From Candidatus Eiseniibacteriota bacterium (GTDB lineage: Bacteria; Eisenbacteria; RBG-16-71-46; CAZAMP01), in contig OZ245046.1 in NCBI GenBank assembly GCA_965224245.1, positions 1,056,001 through 1,120,000 of the forward strand: a DNA stretch of 64,000 nucleotides. Direction: 5' to 3'. The notes under the pieces were generated by a model. The model had not been told where the DNA came from and searched no databases. It saw nothing but the letters and a program-made list of their open reading frames with translations. The translations under genes were made by a program, and so were the position numbers. This document shows positions 29,531 to 39,988 of this stretch, piece by piece (positions within the stretch are counted from its first letter, which is position 1; every line of letters begins with the position of its first letter).

Positions 29531-30658
29531 GTGAACGATACCCGCACGCCGGCCTACCGCAATTCGACGGTCTGGAAGGTCAGCTTCGCGGCGTCCGCCG
29601 TCGTATCGCTGCTGCACGCCAGCTCCTCGGTGATCGGGAATCTGTCCCGGGGAGCGTACGTCGCGGCATGGGAGCCACTCACGTGGGAGGTGACCAGCGG
29701 TCTCGCATCGGGCGCGCTGGTGCCCTTCGTGGCCGAGTTTGCCCTGCGATGTCGCATCACGCGAGCCGGGCTCTGGCTCCGCGTGCCGGCCCACCTGCTG
29801 GCCGCTGCCGTGTACTCTCTGGCTCACGTGGCCGCAATGGTGGGTCTCCGGCATGGCGTTTACGCGCTGGCCGGCAGCCGCTACGAGTTCGGGGACGTAC
29901 GGGCGGGACTGCTCTTCGAGGGGTTCCGGGACGCGGTGATCTATGCATTGATCGTGGCGATCACCTACGGCGTGGACTACTACCATCGCTACCGGCAGCG
30001 GGAGCTGAACGCCTCGAGGCTGGAGACCAGCCTGGCCACCGCGAGGCTCGAGGCCCTCGAGCAGCACGTCCAGCCGCACTTCTTGTTCAACACGCTGAAC
30101 ATGATCTCGTCGATCATGCACGAGAACGTCGACAAGGCGGATCACATGCTCACCCACCTCAGCGATCTCCTCCGCCTGTCGGTCGGCCATCGTGGTGCGC
30201 AACAGGTTCCGCTGTCCGAGGAGCTGGAGATTCTCCACGCCTACCTGGAGATCATGGAGGTCCGGTTCGAAGATCGTCTGGAAGTGGTGGTGGACGCGTC
30301 GATGGACTGCGAGGATGCCCTCGTACCCCCGTTTCTGCTGCAGCCGCTGGTGGAGAACGCGATCAAGCACGGAATCGCGCGTCGCGGAGGTGGTGGACAC
30401 GTTCACGTGGCGATCGAGCGGCGGGGATCGTCACTGGAGATCCAGGTCACCGACGATGGGCCCGGGACCTCGGCCTCGCTGGAGGAGCTCCTCGAGAAGG
30501 GAGTCGGGCTCTCGGCCACCGTCGAACGGCTCTCGCACCTGTATGATCAGGAACACACGTTCCGGGTCGGCAACGGCGACCTCGGTGGGCTGGAGGTCTC
30601 GGTGACGCTACCCTACCGCGCGAGCCCGCGCCTGGTGAGAGTCGACGACCATGTCTGA
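29531..30658 (+). CDS. LytS/YehU-family sensor histidine kinase
   Basis: About 4 TM helices; QPHFLFNTLN, LSEELE, LQPLVENAIKHG, DDGPG. Confidence 0.92.
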   Translation: MNDTRTPAYRNSTVWKVSFAASAVVSLLHASSSVIGNLSRGAYVAAWEPLTWEVTSGLASGALVPFVAEFALRCRITRAGLWLRVPAHLLAAAVYSLAHVAAMVGLRHGVYALAGSRYEFGDVRAGLLFEGFRDAVIYALIVAITYGVDYYHRYRQRELNASRLETSLATARLEALEQHVQPHFLFNTLNMISSIMHENVDKADHMLTHLSDLLRLSVGHRGAQQVPLSEELEILHAYLEIMEVRFEDRLEVVVDASMDCEDALVPPFLLQPLVENAIKHGIARRGGGGHVHVAIERRGSSLEIQVTDDGPGTSASLEELLEKGVGLSATVERLSHLYDQEHTFRVGNGDLGGLEVSVTLPYRASPRLVRVDDHV

Positions 30659-31463
30659 CACACCCGTGCGCGTTCTCATCGTGGACGACGAGCCCCCCGC
30701 GCGGCGCAAGATCGCGCGTCTGCTGGAGGGCGATCCGGGAGTGGCCGTCGTGGGCGAGGCGGGCGACGGCCGCTCGGCCGTCGACGCCATCCGGTCGCTC
30801 CGACCCGAGGTCGTGTTCCTCGACATCCAGATGCCGGAGATCGACGGGTTCGGCGTGCTGGAGGCGCTCGCACCCGAGGAGCTACCCGAGATCGTGTTCG
30901 TCACCGCGTACGATCAGTACGCCATCCAGGCGTTCGAGGTGGCCGCGCTCGACTATCTGCTGAAGCCGTTCGACGCACCGCGTCTCCGAGAGGCTCTGGA
31001 CCGGGCCAAGGCGCGTGTCCGCAACACCCGGGAGGCCGCGCCGGGCGCCGCGGGGGAGCAAGGACACGACGCCGAGCTCGCGGAGCGGATCCGGAGTCTT
31101 CTCGCCCAGCTGGATCATGCCGCAGGCGCGTCGTCGCGCATCCTGGTAAAGGACCGCGACCGCGCTCGCTTCGTGTCGGTCGACGAGATCCGGTGGATAC
31201 GCGGTGCCGGTAACTACGTCGAGATCCACGCGGCTCGCGGCACGCATCTCCTCCGCGAGACCCTGGACGGCATTCAGCAGCGGCTCGATCCACGTCGTTT
31301 CCTCCGGGTGCATCGCTCCTACGTGGTGAACATCGACCACGTGCGGGAGATCGAGCCCCTCTCGCACGGAGATCACCTCCTGGTGCTCACCGACGGCTCG
31401 GAGGTCCGGCTCAGCCGCCGGTACCGGAGCGAGCTACCCGACGACCTGCTGCGCGGTCTCTGA
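30651..31463 (+). CDS. LytTR-family response regulator
   Basis: IVDDEPPAR, FLDIQMP, FVTAYDQYA, DYLLKPF, FLRVHRSYVVN. Confidence 0.95.
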   Translation: MSDTPVRVLIVDDEPPARRKIARLLEGDPGVAVVGEAGDGRSAVDAIRSLRPEVVFLDIQMPEIDGFGVLEALAPEELPEIVFVTAYDQYAIQAFEVAALDYLLKPFDAPRLREALDRAKARVRNTREAAPGAAGEQGHDAELAERIRSLLAQLDHAAGASSRILVKDRDRARFVSVDEIRWIRGAGNYVEIHAARGTHLLRETLDGIQQRLDPRRFLRVHRSYVVNIDHVREIEPLSHGDHLLVLTDGSEVRLSRRYRSELPDDLLRGL

Positions 31464-31608
31464 CACCACCCCCGGTCGTCCCCGCGTTCATCCCGCTGAC
31501 CCCTCCGGTCGCGCCGTGTAGCCCAAAGATCATGTCGCACAATGAGTTGGACGCTAGCATGAACGTACGTCGAAACAGTGCGGCGTTCTGTCTTCAGGAG
31601 GTGTCGAG

Positions 31609-34600
31609 ATGCTTCGTGGTCCCCTTTCGGCCGTGACCGTCCTCGTGACCATGGTGAGCCTGATCCTCGGAGCACCGCCGGCCCGCACCGAGGCCGGCAG
31701 CCACGTCGAGGACTTCACGACCACGACGTACCGTGATCCGGTTGCGTCCACCGCGAACTGGGACACGGGCGCCGGGGAGCTCCGGCTCGATCCCTTCGTC
31801 CGGGGGGTGGTCGGCAGCCTCGGCCTCGGCGACAGCCGGAAGGTCGCCGTCGCGGGAGACCACGCGTTCGTGGCCGGCATCGCGAACGGCCTCCACGTGA
31901 TCGACATCCAGGATCCCGAGAGCCCGTTCCTCGTGACGACGGTCGCCGTTGCGGGCGACGCGCAGGCCGTCGCGGTCGCCGGGGACAACGCCTTCGTACT
32001 CGACACCGCGAGCGGCCTCATGGTGTTCGACACCACGGATCCCACGAGCCCCGTGCTGCTCGGATCGGTCGCGATGCCGGAGGTTCCGATCGACGTCACG
32101 ATCGAAGACGGACACGCGTTCGTGGCCGACTACTCCGGAGGCATCCAGGTGGTAGACGTCCGCGATCCCACCACCCCGACCGTGATCGGCGGTGTGGCCA
32201 CCACGAACGCCCGGGGAGTCGCGATCGCGGGTGAACACGCCTTCGTGGCCGATGGGGCGAGCGGCCTGCGAGTCCTCGACATCAGCGACCCTGCGACTCC
32301 CGCGATCGTCGCGACGCTGACTCCGGGGGGCTCGGTGAGCGGACAGGGGGTCGCGGTCGCTGGAGATCACGTCTTCCTGGCCTCGTTGACGGCGGGGCTC
32401 CTGGTGATCGACGTGAGCGATCCCACCACGCCGAGCGTGGTGGGCAATCTCGACACGCCGGGCGCCTCGACGGAGGTCGAGATCTGGGGAGACCTCGCCC
32501 TGGTCTCGGACTGGAGTAGCTTCCAGATGATCGACATCAGCGATCCCACCGCCCCGACCCTCGTCGACGACGTGGTCACCGACGCGGCCTGCCAGTCGGT
32601 GGCGGTCGCCGGAAGTCGCGCGTTCGTGGTCAACGGGTACACGGGTCTGCAGGTGATCGAGTTCGCGAACCCGTGGCCCCATCCACCGGGTCCCGTGGGC
32701 ACCGTCTCGCTGTCCGGGAGCGGTCCCATCGGAGTCGCCGTCGAAGGCGATCATGCGTATCTCGTCGACAGCGCCAATGGCGGCCTGCTCGTCGTCGACA
32801 TCAGCGACCCGACCCTGCCGGCGCTGGTCGGTACCGTCGCGAGCGGCACCGGCAACCCTTCGTACGACGTGGCCGTTGCCGGGGATCTCGCGATACTGGC
32901 CGACGTGAACGACGGCCTCGTCGTGATCGACGTCGGCGATCCGACGGCGCCGGCGGTGGTGGCCACCCTCGCCACACCCGGATGGCACGAGGGCGTCGCG
33001 GTGTCGGGGGACCATGCGTACCTGACCGCATCCGCCATCGGGCTCCAGGTGATCGACATCAGCGATCCCACGAGCCCGGTGATGGTCGGGAGCGTCTCAC
33101 CTCCCGACGACGCGATCGACGTGGCCGTCGACGGGGAGCACGCGTTCCTGGCAAGCGGCTTCAACGGCCTTCAAGTGGTCGACGTCAGCGATCCCTCGAA
33201 CCCGATCCTCGTCGGAGGCGTCGACACGCCCGGCACTGCGCTCGGAGTCGCCGTGTCCGGCAACCACGCGTACGTGGCGGACCGCGACGCCGGGGTACAT
33301 GTGATCGACGTCGAGGATCCCGCAAATCCCGTACTGGTCAGGACCGTCCCGACCCTCGACCACGCACAGAAGGTCGAGGTCTCGGGCGACGAGCTGTTCG
33401 TGGCCGACTTCCTCGGCGGTCTCCAGACGATCGACATCTCCGATCCCTCGAACGCCACACGACTCGGCGGCTACGTCTTCTACACGGGGTACGACCTCGC
33501 GCTGGCCGGGGAGCACGCCTTCGTGGCCAGCGGGAGCGGCCTGACCGTGATCCCGGTCTACCAGGAGGCGTTCGACACCCGCCGTGACCGCGGACAGTCG
33601 CTGCCGGTCGACGGCACGGATGCAACGATCGTGCGCGCGCGTCTCACGACGAGCCAGACCACCGTCGTCGACTGGGAGCTGAGCGCGGACGGCGGCACGA
33701 GCTTCCAGTCCGTGTCCCCAGGATCGGGCTGGCAGGCGATCGATGCGCCGGGACCCGACCTCCTGTGGCGCTCGACCCACGGCCTCTCGCAGCTCGGCAC
33801 GAATCCGACCGCTTACTCCCTGACGCTCGACTGGCTGTGCGAGGCCGGGCCGATCACGTCGATCTCCGACGTCCCGGGCGACCAGGGAGGCTGGGTGGCT
33901 GTGGACTTCACCCGATCGGGCTACGACTTCACCGATGAGGTCACCTCACCGGTGACCGGATACCAGATCTACCGGCGCGTGGATGACGCGACACGCGTCC
34001 GGGACGTACGGGAGGTCGGTCGAGCACCCGCACCGTCGGAGCTCGCGAAGACCGCGAGCGCGTCGTTCGGCGTCGACCGGGTGCGGATCCTCGACGACGA
34101 GTGGTTCGTGCTCGGCGGCGGCGGTGCGAGCACGCGTCAGGTGGGAGAGCTGCCGCCCGGCACCTGGCAGGTGCTGACCTGGGTCGCCGCGCGCCAGGCG
34201 GATGCCTACGGCGTTGCGATTCCGACGCACGGTGACTCGACCGGCGCCGGCGCCGCGTGGTCGGTCAATCTCGTGACGACACACACCACGATCCCATCGC
34301 TGTGGTTCGCGAGCGCCCCGGACAGCGGCTACTCGGTGGACGACCTGCCGCCCGGCGTGCCGTCCGGACTCGTGCGAACGGGCACGGAGCTCTCGTGGGA
34401 TGCCGCCACCGAGGAGGACTTCCAGCATCACACCGTCTACGGCTCGAGCACGGCGGAGCTGGATGGGACCGCCACACTCATCGATTACACCATCGACACG
34501 ACCTTCGACGTGAGCAGCACGTCCTTCGGCTACTATCACGTGACCACGTCGGACCACGCGGGGAACGAGAGCGAAGCTGCCAGCGTCGACGGCGGGCTCC

Positions 34601-34905
34601 TCTCGGCGCCCGACACGGCCCTGCCCACGGCCTTCCCGCTTTCAATACCGGGACCGAACCCATCCCAGCGCGGCACCTCGCTGGCGTTCGCCCTGCCCGT
34701 GTCGTCCGGGGTGCGCCTCGGGATCTACGACGCCGGCGGTCGCCGCGTGCTCACGCTGGTCGATGGAGCCCGGCCCGCCGGCGTTCACCGGGTGGTCTGG
34801 GGCGGCCGTGACCAGGGTGGCCGGCGCGTGGCCCCGGGAATCTACTTCGTTCGAATCGAGGCTGGTGAGCATCGCGCGTCGCGGCGGCTCACCGTCGTGC
34901 GATGA
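31609..34905 (+). CDS. Secreted LVIVD-repeat beta-propeller protein with FlgD-Ig C-terminal domain
   Basis: AGGAGG RBS; about a dozen V.V.GDHA(F/Y)VA...GL.VID(I/V)SDP..P repeats; tail PNP...IYDAGGRRV...GIYFVRI. Confidence 0.9.
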   Translation: MLRGPLSAVTVLVTMVSLILGAPPARTEAGSHVEDFTTTTYRDPVASTANWDTGAGELRLDPFVRGVVGSLGLGDSRKVAVAGDHAFVAGIANGLHVIDIQDPESPFLVTTVAVAGDAQAVAVAGDNAFVLDTASGLMVFDTTDPTSPVLLGSVAMPEVPIDVTIEDGHAFVADYSGGIQVVDVRDPTTPTVIGGVATTNARGVAIAGEHAFVADGASGLRVLDISDPATPAIVATLTPGGSVSGQGVAVAGDHVFLASLTAGLLVIDVSDPTTPSVVGNLDTPGASTEVEIWGDLALVSDWSSFQMIDISDPTAPTLVDDVVTDAACQSVAVAGSRAFVVNGYTGLQVIEFANPWPHPPGPVGTVSLSGSGPIGVAVEGDHAYLVDSANGGLLVVDISDPTLPALVGTVASGTGNPSYDVAVAGDLAILADVNDGLVVIDVGDPTAPAVVATLATPGWHEGVAVSGDHAYLTASAIGLQVIDISDPTSPVMVGSVSPPDDAIDVAVDGEHAFLASGFNGLQVVDVSDPSNPILVGGVDTPGTALGVAVSGNHAYVADRDAGVHVIDVEDPANPVLVRTVPTLDHAQKVEVSGDELFVADFLGGLQTIDISDPSNATRLGGYVFYTGYDLALAGEHAFVASGSGLTVIPVYQEAFDTRRDRGQSLPVDGTDATIVRARLTTSQTTVVDWELSADGGTSFQSVSPGSGWQAIDAPGPDLLWRSTHGLSQLGTNPTAYSLTLDWLCEAGPITSISDVPGDQGGWVAVDFTRSGYDFTDEVTSPVTGYQIYRRVDDATRVRDVREVGRAPAPSELAKTASASFGVDRVRILDDEWFVLGGGGASTRQVGELPPGTWQVLTWVAARQADAYGVAIPTHGDSTGAGAAWSVNLVTTHTTIPSLWFASAPDSGYSVDDLPPGVPSGLVRTGTELSWDAATEEDFQHHTVYGSSTAELDGTATLIDYTIDTTFDVSSTSFGYYHVTTSDHAGNESEAASVDGGLLSAPDTALPTAFPLSIPGPNPSQRGTSLAFALPVSSGVRLGIYDAGGRRVLTLVDGARPAGVHRVVWGGRDQGGRRVAPGIYFVRIEAGEHRASRRLTVVR

Positions 34906-35055
34906 ACTCGTGGCGGAGTCGGGGCGCACTGGACGGACGCCGGTGCGCCCCGGTACAGTCGACCTCCCGACCGTGGGCACGATGCCCGAGCCGGACGGCA
35001 GTGACGGACGGTGATGGGCGTGCCGGGTACCTCGAGGGGGGAATCTCTGGGCACG

Positions 35056-36057
35056 ATGAAGCACCTGATCGCGACGGCGATCGTGATCGTCTCGTGTGGC
35101 ATCCCCGCCCTGGCCGAGGGTCCCCACCACTACGTGTTCTTCGAGTTCGATCGCCACCGCATCCGGGAACCGAGCTTCCTCGATCATCCCGTCATCGAGG
35201 GCGCACAGCTCAAGTACTCCTGGCGGACGCTCGAGCCGGCTCGCGACGCGTACGACTTCTCCAGCATCGACGCCGACCTCGAGTTCCTCGAGTCACACGG
35301 GAAGCGATTGTTCATCCAGCTGCAGGAGGTGTCGTTCGTCCCGACGATCGTGAACGTGCCGCAGTATCTGCGCGACGACCCGGTGTACGGTGGAGGGGTG
35401 GCGATGATGTACGGGGACACCGGCGACGGCGCCGGGCCGGTGCCCGAGGGCTGGGTGGCGCGGCGGTGGGACCCGGCGGTCCGCGAGCGCTTCGGACGTC
35501 TGCTCGAGGCGATGGGGCGCGCCTTCGACGGCCGGATCGAGGGGATCAACCTGCCGGAGTCCTCCATCGGTTTCGGAGCACCCGAGCATTATCCCGACGA
35601 CTTCACGGCATCGGGCTACCGGGACGCGATCGTTGCGATCATGAGCATGCTGCGCTCCGCGTTCGCGAGGTCGGTGGTCATTCAGTACGCCAACTTCATG
35701 CCCGGTGAGTCTCTGCCAGAGCGGGACGAGGGGTACCTCAGCAGCGTGTATGCCCATGCCGACTCGGCCGGGGTCGGAGTCGGGGGACCGGACCTGCTTC
35801 CGTACAGGTGGTATCAGCAGCAGCACAGCCACCCGCTGATCCGCGAACGCGCGCCGGGCACCATCGCCGGTGTCGCCGTGCAGTTCGGGAACTACGGCGA
35901 CGTGCACCGTCGGACGGGTCGGGTCATCACGGTGCCCGAGCTTCATGCGTATGCGCGAGACGACCTGCATCTCGACTACCTGTTCTGGTCCACCGAGGAG
36001 CCTTACTACTCACGGGACGTGCTTCCGTACCTGCGCGAGCGTGGGGGGGCTCCGTAG
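35056..36057 (+). CDS. Secreted TIM-barrel glycoside-hydrolase-like protein (clan GH-A-like)
   Basis: Signal peptide; YSWRTLEP..AYDFSSID, VPQYL, RWDPAV.ERF, INLPES. Confidence 0.6.
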   Translation: MKHLIATAIVIVSCGIPALAEGPHHYVFFEFDRHRIREPSFLDHPVIEGAQLKYSWRTLEPARDAYDFSSIDADLEFLESHGKRLFIQLQEVSFVPTIVNVPQYLRDDPVYGGGVAMMYGDTGDGAGPVPEGWVARRWDPAVRERFGRLLEAMGRAFDGRIEGINLPESSIGFGAPEHYPDDFTASGYRDAIVAIMSMLRSAFARSVVIQYANFMPGESLPERDEGYLSSVYAHADSAGVGVGGPDLLPYRWYQQQHSHPLIRERAPGTIAGVAVQFGNYGDVHRRTGRVITVPELHAYARDDLHLDYLFWSTEEPYYSRDVLPYLRERGGAP

Positions 36058-36255
36058 GTCCCGTGGCCGGCACGACGGCACCTCGTCGCCCCGACGTGGG
36101 CCGGCTCGGTGCGGCTTCTCGAGACGTGTAGGCCTCGGACGCATGGGGCTCATCCGCAGGATCGTCCTGGATCATCGCGCTGACGAATCTGCTACTCTGG
36201 TACGACCGCCGATCGAGCCATGCGCCGAGTTTTCCCACGCCGGGTCGAGGAACCG

Positions 36256-36831
36256 ATGGACGAGGCACAACGCGCGGAGATCACCGCGGCCCTGCTCGAG
36301 ATCGAGGCGCCTTCCCGGCGCGCACCGGACACCGACCGCCTGGTCGGACTCCTCTACGAAGATCTGCGTCGGATTGCCGGCGGGTACTTCCGCCACGAGC
36401 GAGGCGATCACACCCTTCAGCCGACGGCGCTCGTACACGAGGCGTACCTTCGTCTGGTGGATCAGTCCCGGGTCCAGTGGCGGAATCGTGCGCACTTCCT
36501 GGGGGTCGCGGCCCGCGTGATGCGACAGGTGCTCGTCGACCACGCGCGGCGGCGCGGAGCCCAGAAGCGTGGGGGCGGATGGGAGCGCATGACGCTCGAC
36601 GTGTCGATGCTCGATCCGAAGGCCTCGTCGCCGGTGGAGATTCTGGTCGTGGACGACGCGATCGACAAGCTCTCGGGCCAGGACGAGCGAGCGGCGCGTG
36701 TCGCCGAGCTCCGGCTCTTCGGCGGGATGACGAGCAAGGAGATCGGTGAGGCGCTGGGCGTCTCGGAGCGGGTCATCGCGGACGACTGGGTCGTGGCCCG
36801 CATGTGGCTCGGTCGCGCGCTCGCGTCCTGA
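36256..36831 (+). CDS. ECF sigma factor of the Ser/Thr-kinase-associated type (TIGR02999/ECF43-like)
   Basis: LYEDLRRIA, HTLQPTALVHEAYLRL, WRNRAHFL, KRGGG, DWVVARMWL. Paralog of 6860-7444. Confidence 0.92.
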   Translation: MDEAQRAEITAALLEIEAPSRRAPDTDRLVGLLYEDLRRIAGGYFRHERGDHTLQPTALVHEAYLRLVDQSRVQWRNRAHFLGVAARVMRQVLVDHARRRGAQKRGGGWERMTLDVSMLDPKASSPVEILVVDDAIDKLSGQDERAARVAELRLFGGMTSKEIGEALGVSERVIADDWVVARMWLGRALAS

Positions 36832-36842
36832 CAGAGGTCGAT

Positions 36843-39767
36843 TCAGCCCGACATCGCGGCCAGCGCCGCCCGGTAGGGGCTCGCGTCATCCGGACGGCCC
36901 CACGCCTCGAAGAGCCGAGCAGCGCCCTCGAGTCCCATTCGTTTCCAGTGGGGCACCCAGAGACAGCCGTCACAGAACACCTCGCGCGCTTCGAGCATGA
37001 GCGCCGCGGATTCCGTCACGCGGGCGGCATCTCGCCCCACGCAGATGCCGAGATAGGTGCGGGCCATCGCGGTCTTCCAGTTGTCCTCGTCGAGTCCGGC
37101 GGTGTACGTGTCCAGTGCACGCCGAAAGAACGCCTCGGCAGCCGCGTCACGCCCCAGGGCCAGCTGTGTCGTGGCGAGCGTGAAGACGCAGTCGCCCACC
37201 TCGTGGTGATCCTCGCCGAGCTGTTCCTCGCGCAGTGCCACGGCCTCACGCAGGTGGGTCTCCGCCTCCTCGTCGCGACCCTCGTGGTGCAGGAGCCCAC
37301 CGAGGTTCAGAAGCAAGAGGCCGACGAACGGATGGTCCTCCTGGACCCCCCGGGTGACCGCGAGCCCTTCCCGGTAGTAGGGCTCCGCCTCGGCCAGTCG
37401 ACCCTGTCCGTGCAAGGCGACGGCAACGTTGTTGAGTCCGATGCCGACGTAGACGTGTTCGGATCCGAAGTCGCGACGGAACCCATCGAGCGCCTTGCGG
37501 GCGGCCGGCTCACCGTCCACGTAATCCTGCTGAGACAGGAGGTTCACCGCGCAGTTGTTGTAGGCGATGGTGACGTCGGGGTGCTCCTCGCCCAGGAGCT
37601 TGTGCTTCAGCTCGAGCGCTTCGCGGTGAAACGGCTCGGCCGCCGCGTGATTCCCGTCGGCGGCGATCACGTATGCCAGGTTTCCCAGGCTCGTGGCCAC
37701 GGTCGGGTGCTCGTTGCCCACGAGCCGGCGCCACTGCTCGAGGGCTTCCCGGCCGATCTCCCGCGCCTCGGCGTGTTTGCCCCGGGCGCTGAGGATCAGA
37801 GAGAGGTCGCTGAGGCTCGTCGCGACCTGTGGATGATCCCCGTCGTAGAGTTCTCGCCGGATCGTGAGGGCCTCGCGGGAGTAGCGCTCCGCCGGCTCGA
37901 GCCGACCGCGGTCCTTCTCCACGCTGGACAGTGCATTCAGACAGCGCGCGAGCTCCACGTCGGCACCGGGTCCGACGCGCCGACACACGGCCATCGCCTC
38001 CACGAGCAGCGACTCGGCCTCGGCGAGTCGAGATCGAAGATGCACGACGCCGGCGAGATCGTGGAGCGTCGCCGCCACCGCCCGCGCATCGGCGCCGAGC
38101 GTGCGGCGACGAACGGCGAGTGCGCCGGTGAGGAGCGACTCCGCCTCCGCGTAGCGGCCGCGCGATCGCAGCACGTTGCCGAGCACGACCTCGCTCCGGA
38201 TCCGATGCTCGTCGTCGAGGGAGGTTCGCTCCTTCCAGATGTCCAGCGCCGCGCGAATCTGCTCCTCGGACGCCTCGAACTCGCCGAGCGCGAGATAGGC
38301 CTCGCCGATCGTGTGGTGGATCGTGGCCCGAACGTCCGGCTCGTCGTCCAGTCCGCGGGATACGTCGCGGGCCGTGAGGTCCAGCACCTCGCGCACCGTC
38401 GCGTCGCGACCGGCGGCCGCGGGATCGGCCGAGGCGAGCATCTCCTGGAGAAACGCGCTGATGCGTTCGGCACGCTGCGCCTCCCGACGCTGGAGCCGAA
38501 GCTGGACCGACATCGCCACACCGAACGCGACCAGCAGCACGAACAGCGTCGCGAGGAACGCGAACGGCATCTTGTGTCGGGCGACGAGCTTCCGGAGCTG
38601 GTAGGTCGCGCTCGGGGGCCGGGCCACGATCGGCTGGTCGCCCAGGTAGCGCTCGATGTCGTCGGCCAGAGTCCGGACGCTCTGATAACGTCGCTCGGGA
38701 TCCTTCGCGAGGGCCTTCTGCAGGATCGTCTGGATGTCGCCGCGAAGCCCGCGCACGACCGAGTCCGCCCGCACCGGTGGGCTGTCGGAGACGATTCGCA
38801 AGACCTCGTGCAAGGGCTTTCCCTCGAGGTCGTACGGGCGCCGACCGGTCAGCATCTCGTACAGGATCACACCGAGTGAGTACACGTCGGTCCGGATGTC
38901 GATCGCGTCCGGATCTCCGCGAACCTGCTCGGGACTCATGTACGCGGGAGTCCCCTGGATCCGGCCCACCTCGCTCAGGGGACTGGTCATCGAGACGTCG
39001 GGGTCTGTGAGCCGTGCGAGTCCGAAATCGAGCACCTTGATCGGGGGGACCGGGGCCGGTGCGCTGCCGTCCGGTCCGGGCCGCGTCGGGTCGGATACCA
39101 GGATGTTGGCGGGCTTGATGTCGCGGTGGATGACGCCGCGAAGGTGTGCATACGCGATGGCGTCGGTGATCTCGAGAAAGAGCGCGAGGCGCTGGCGGAT
39201 CACCGACCTCGATCCCGGGTCGTCCGGGGCGGTCCGCCGGAGATAGTCGTCGAGGGGCTCGCCGTCCACGAGCTCCATGACCAGGTAGTGCTCGCCGTCG
39301 TCGGTTTGACCGGCCTCGTGCACGGCCGCGATCCCCGGGTGCTTGAGCAGTCCGAGCGCGCGAACCTCGCGCAGGAACAGCTTCACGTGATGATCATCGA
39401 GGCGGGCGCCGTATCTGACGACCTTCACCGCTACCCGTCGTCGTGTCGTGGCCTGCTCCGCCTCGTACACCCGGCCCATGCCGCCCTCGCCCAGCACGCC
39501 GAGGATGCGATAGGAACCGATTCGGTCGGGGAGAGGCCGTGCGGAAGCCGGCTCCGCCGGACGTTCGGGAGCGTCGAGGTCGACCGCGAAGCGCCCGGTG
39601 CGGAGCACGCTCTCGGGGTCGTCGTGGGCCAGGAGCTTCAGGACCTCGGAGCGAAGATCCGCATCCCCCTCGCAGGCGCGTTCCACGAACTCGCGTCGCG
39701 AGGGTTCGTCGTGCGCCCGAGCCTCGAGAACGATCTCGCGAATCCGCTGAAATCGAGGGGACGTCAT
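36843..39767 (-). CDS. Hanks-type Ser/Thr kinase with TM helix and C-terminal TPRs
   Basis: GEGGMG, VAVK, HRDIKPAN, DFG, GTPAYMSPEQ, DVYSLG; TM FAFLATLFVLLVAFGVAM; TPRs HP.VA.SL.NLA. Confidence 0.95.
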   Translation of the reverse strand: MTSPRFQRIREIVLEARAHDEPSRREFVERACEGDADLRSEVLKLLAHDDPESVLRTGRFAVDLDAPERPAEPASARPLPDRIGSYRILGVLGEGGMGRVYEAEQATTRRRVAVKVVRYGARLDDHHVKLFLREVRALGLLKHPGIAAVHEAGQTDDGEHYLVMELVDGEPLDDYLRRTAPDDPGSRSVIRQRLALFLEITDAIAYAHLRGVIHRDIKPANILVSDPTRPGPDGSAPAPVPPIKVLDFGLARLTDPDVSMTSPLSEVGRIQGTPAYMSPEQVRGDPDAIDIRTDVYSLGVILYEMLTGRRPYDLEGKPLHEVLRIVSDSPPVRADSVVRGLRGDIQTILQKALAKDPERRYQSVRTLADDIERYLGDQPIVARPPSATYQLRKLVARHKMPFAFLATLFVLLVAFGVAMSVQLRLQRREAQRAERISAFLQEMLASADPAAAGRDATVREVLDLTARDVSRGLDDEPDVRATIHHTIGEAYLALGEFEASEEQIRAALDIWKERTSLDDEHRIRSEVVLGNVLRSRGRYAEAESLLTGALAVRRRTLGADARAVAATLHDLAGVVHLRSRLAEAESLLVEAMAVCRRVGPGADVELARCLNALSSVEKDRGRLEPAERYSREALTIRRELYDGDHPQVATSLSDLSLILSARGKHAEAREIGREALEQWRRLVGNEHPTVATSLGNLAYVIAADGNHAAAEPFHREALELKHKLLGEEHPDVTIAYNNCAVNLLSQQDYVDGEPAARKALDGFRRDFGSEHVYVGIGLNNVAVALHGQGRLAEAEPYYREGLAVTRGVQEDHPFVGLLLLNLGGLLHHEGRDEEAETHLREAVALREEQLGEDHHEVGDCVFTLATTQLALGRDAAAEAFFRRALDTYTAGLDEDNWKTAMARTYLGICVGRDAARVTESAALMLEAREVFCDGCLWVPHWKRMGLEGAARLFEAWGRPDDASPYRAALAAMSG

Positions 39768-39859
39768 CTCCGGCGGCGGCCTCCCGACCCGGGTCCGGAT
39801 CGTGCCTCGCGAGGTGTCCTGAACCGTTCAGTGTGATGGTGTACCTAAAGTTTGATTGG

Positions 39860-39888
39860 ATCGTAGCAGTGAGCTTCTGGTGGTGCAA
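39860..39888 (-). promoter_or_regulatory. Sigma70-like promoter for the kinase gene
   Basis: Minus strand TTGCAC-N17-TACGAT in an AT-richer patch about 90 bp upstream of the ATG. Confidence 0.5.
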
Positions 39889-39948
39889 GACGTCGTGCGC
39901 CGAGACCGGAGCGCGAACGAGGAGCTGGAAGACGAGGATGTCCCCTGG

Positions 39949-39985
39949 CGAGGGCGGGGCACGCACGCGGCATGCCCCGCCCTCG
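39949..39985 (-). terminator. 13-bp hairpin immediately after the stop of 39989-42907
   Basis: CGAGGGCGGGGCA-11 nt-TGCCCCGCCCTCG; no U-tract. Confidence 0.45.
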
Positions 39986-39988
39986 GCC

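Noticed and set aside
31840-33560. Periodic DNA similarity resembling a repeat array
   Set aside because: These are in-frame LVIVD protein repeats; there are no identical repeats with unique spacers and no cas genes, so it is not CRISPR.
36804-38879. Long antisense or alternate-frame ORFs (e.g. 36804-38879, 12286-14196, 16057-17886, 55656-58100, 60782-62773)
   Set aside because: No motifs, and each overlaps a well-supported gene. Stop-codon scarcity in high-GC DNA explains them.
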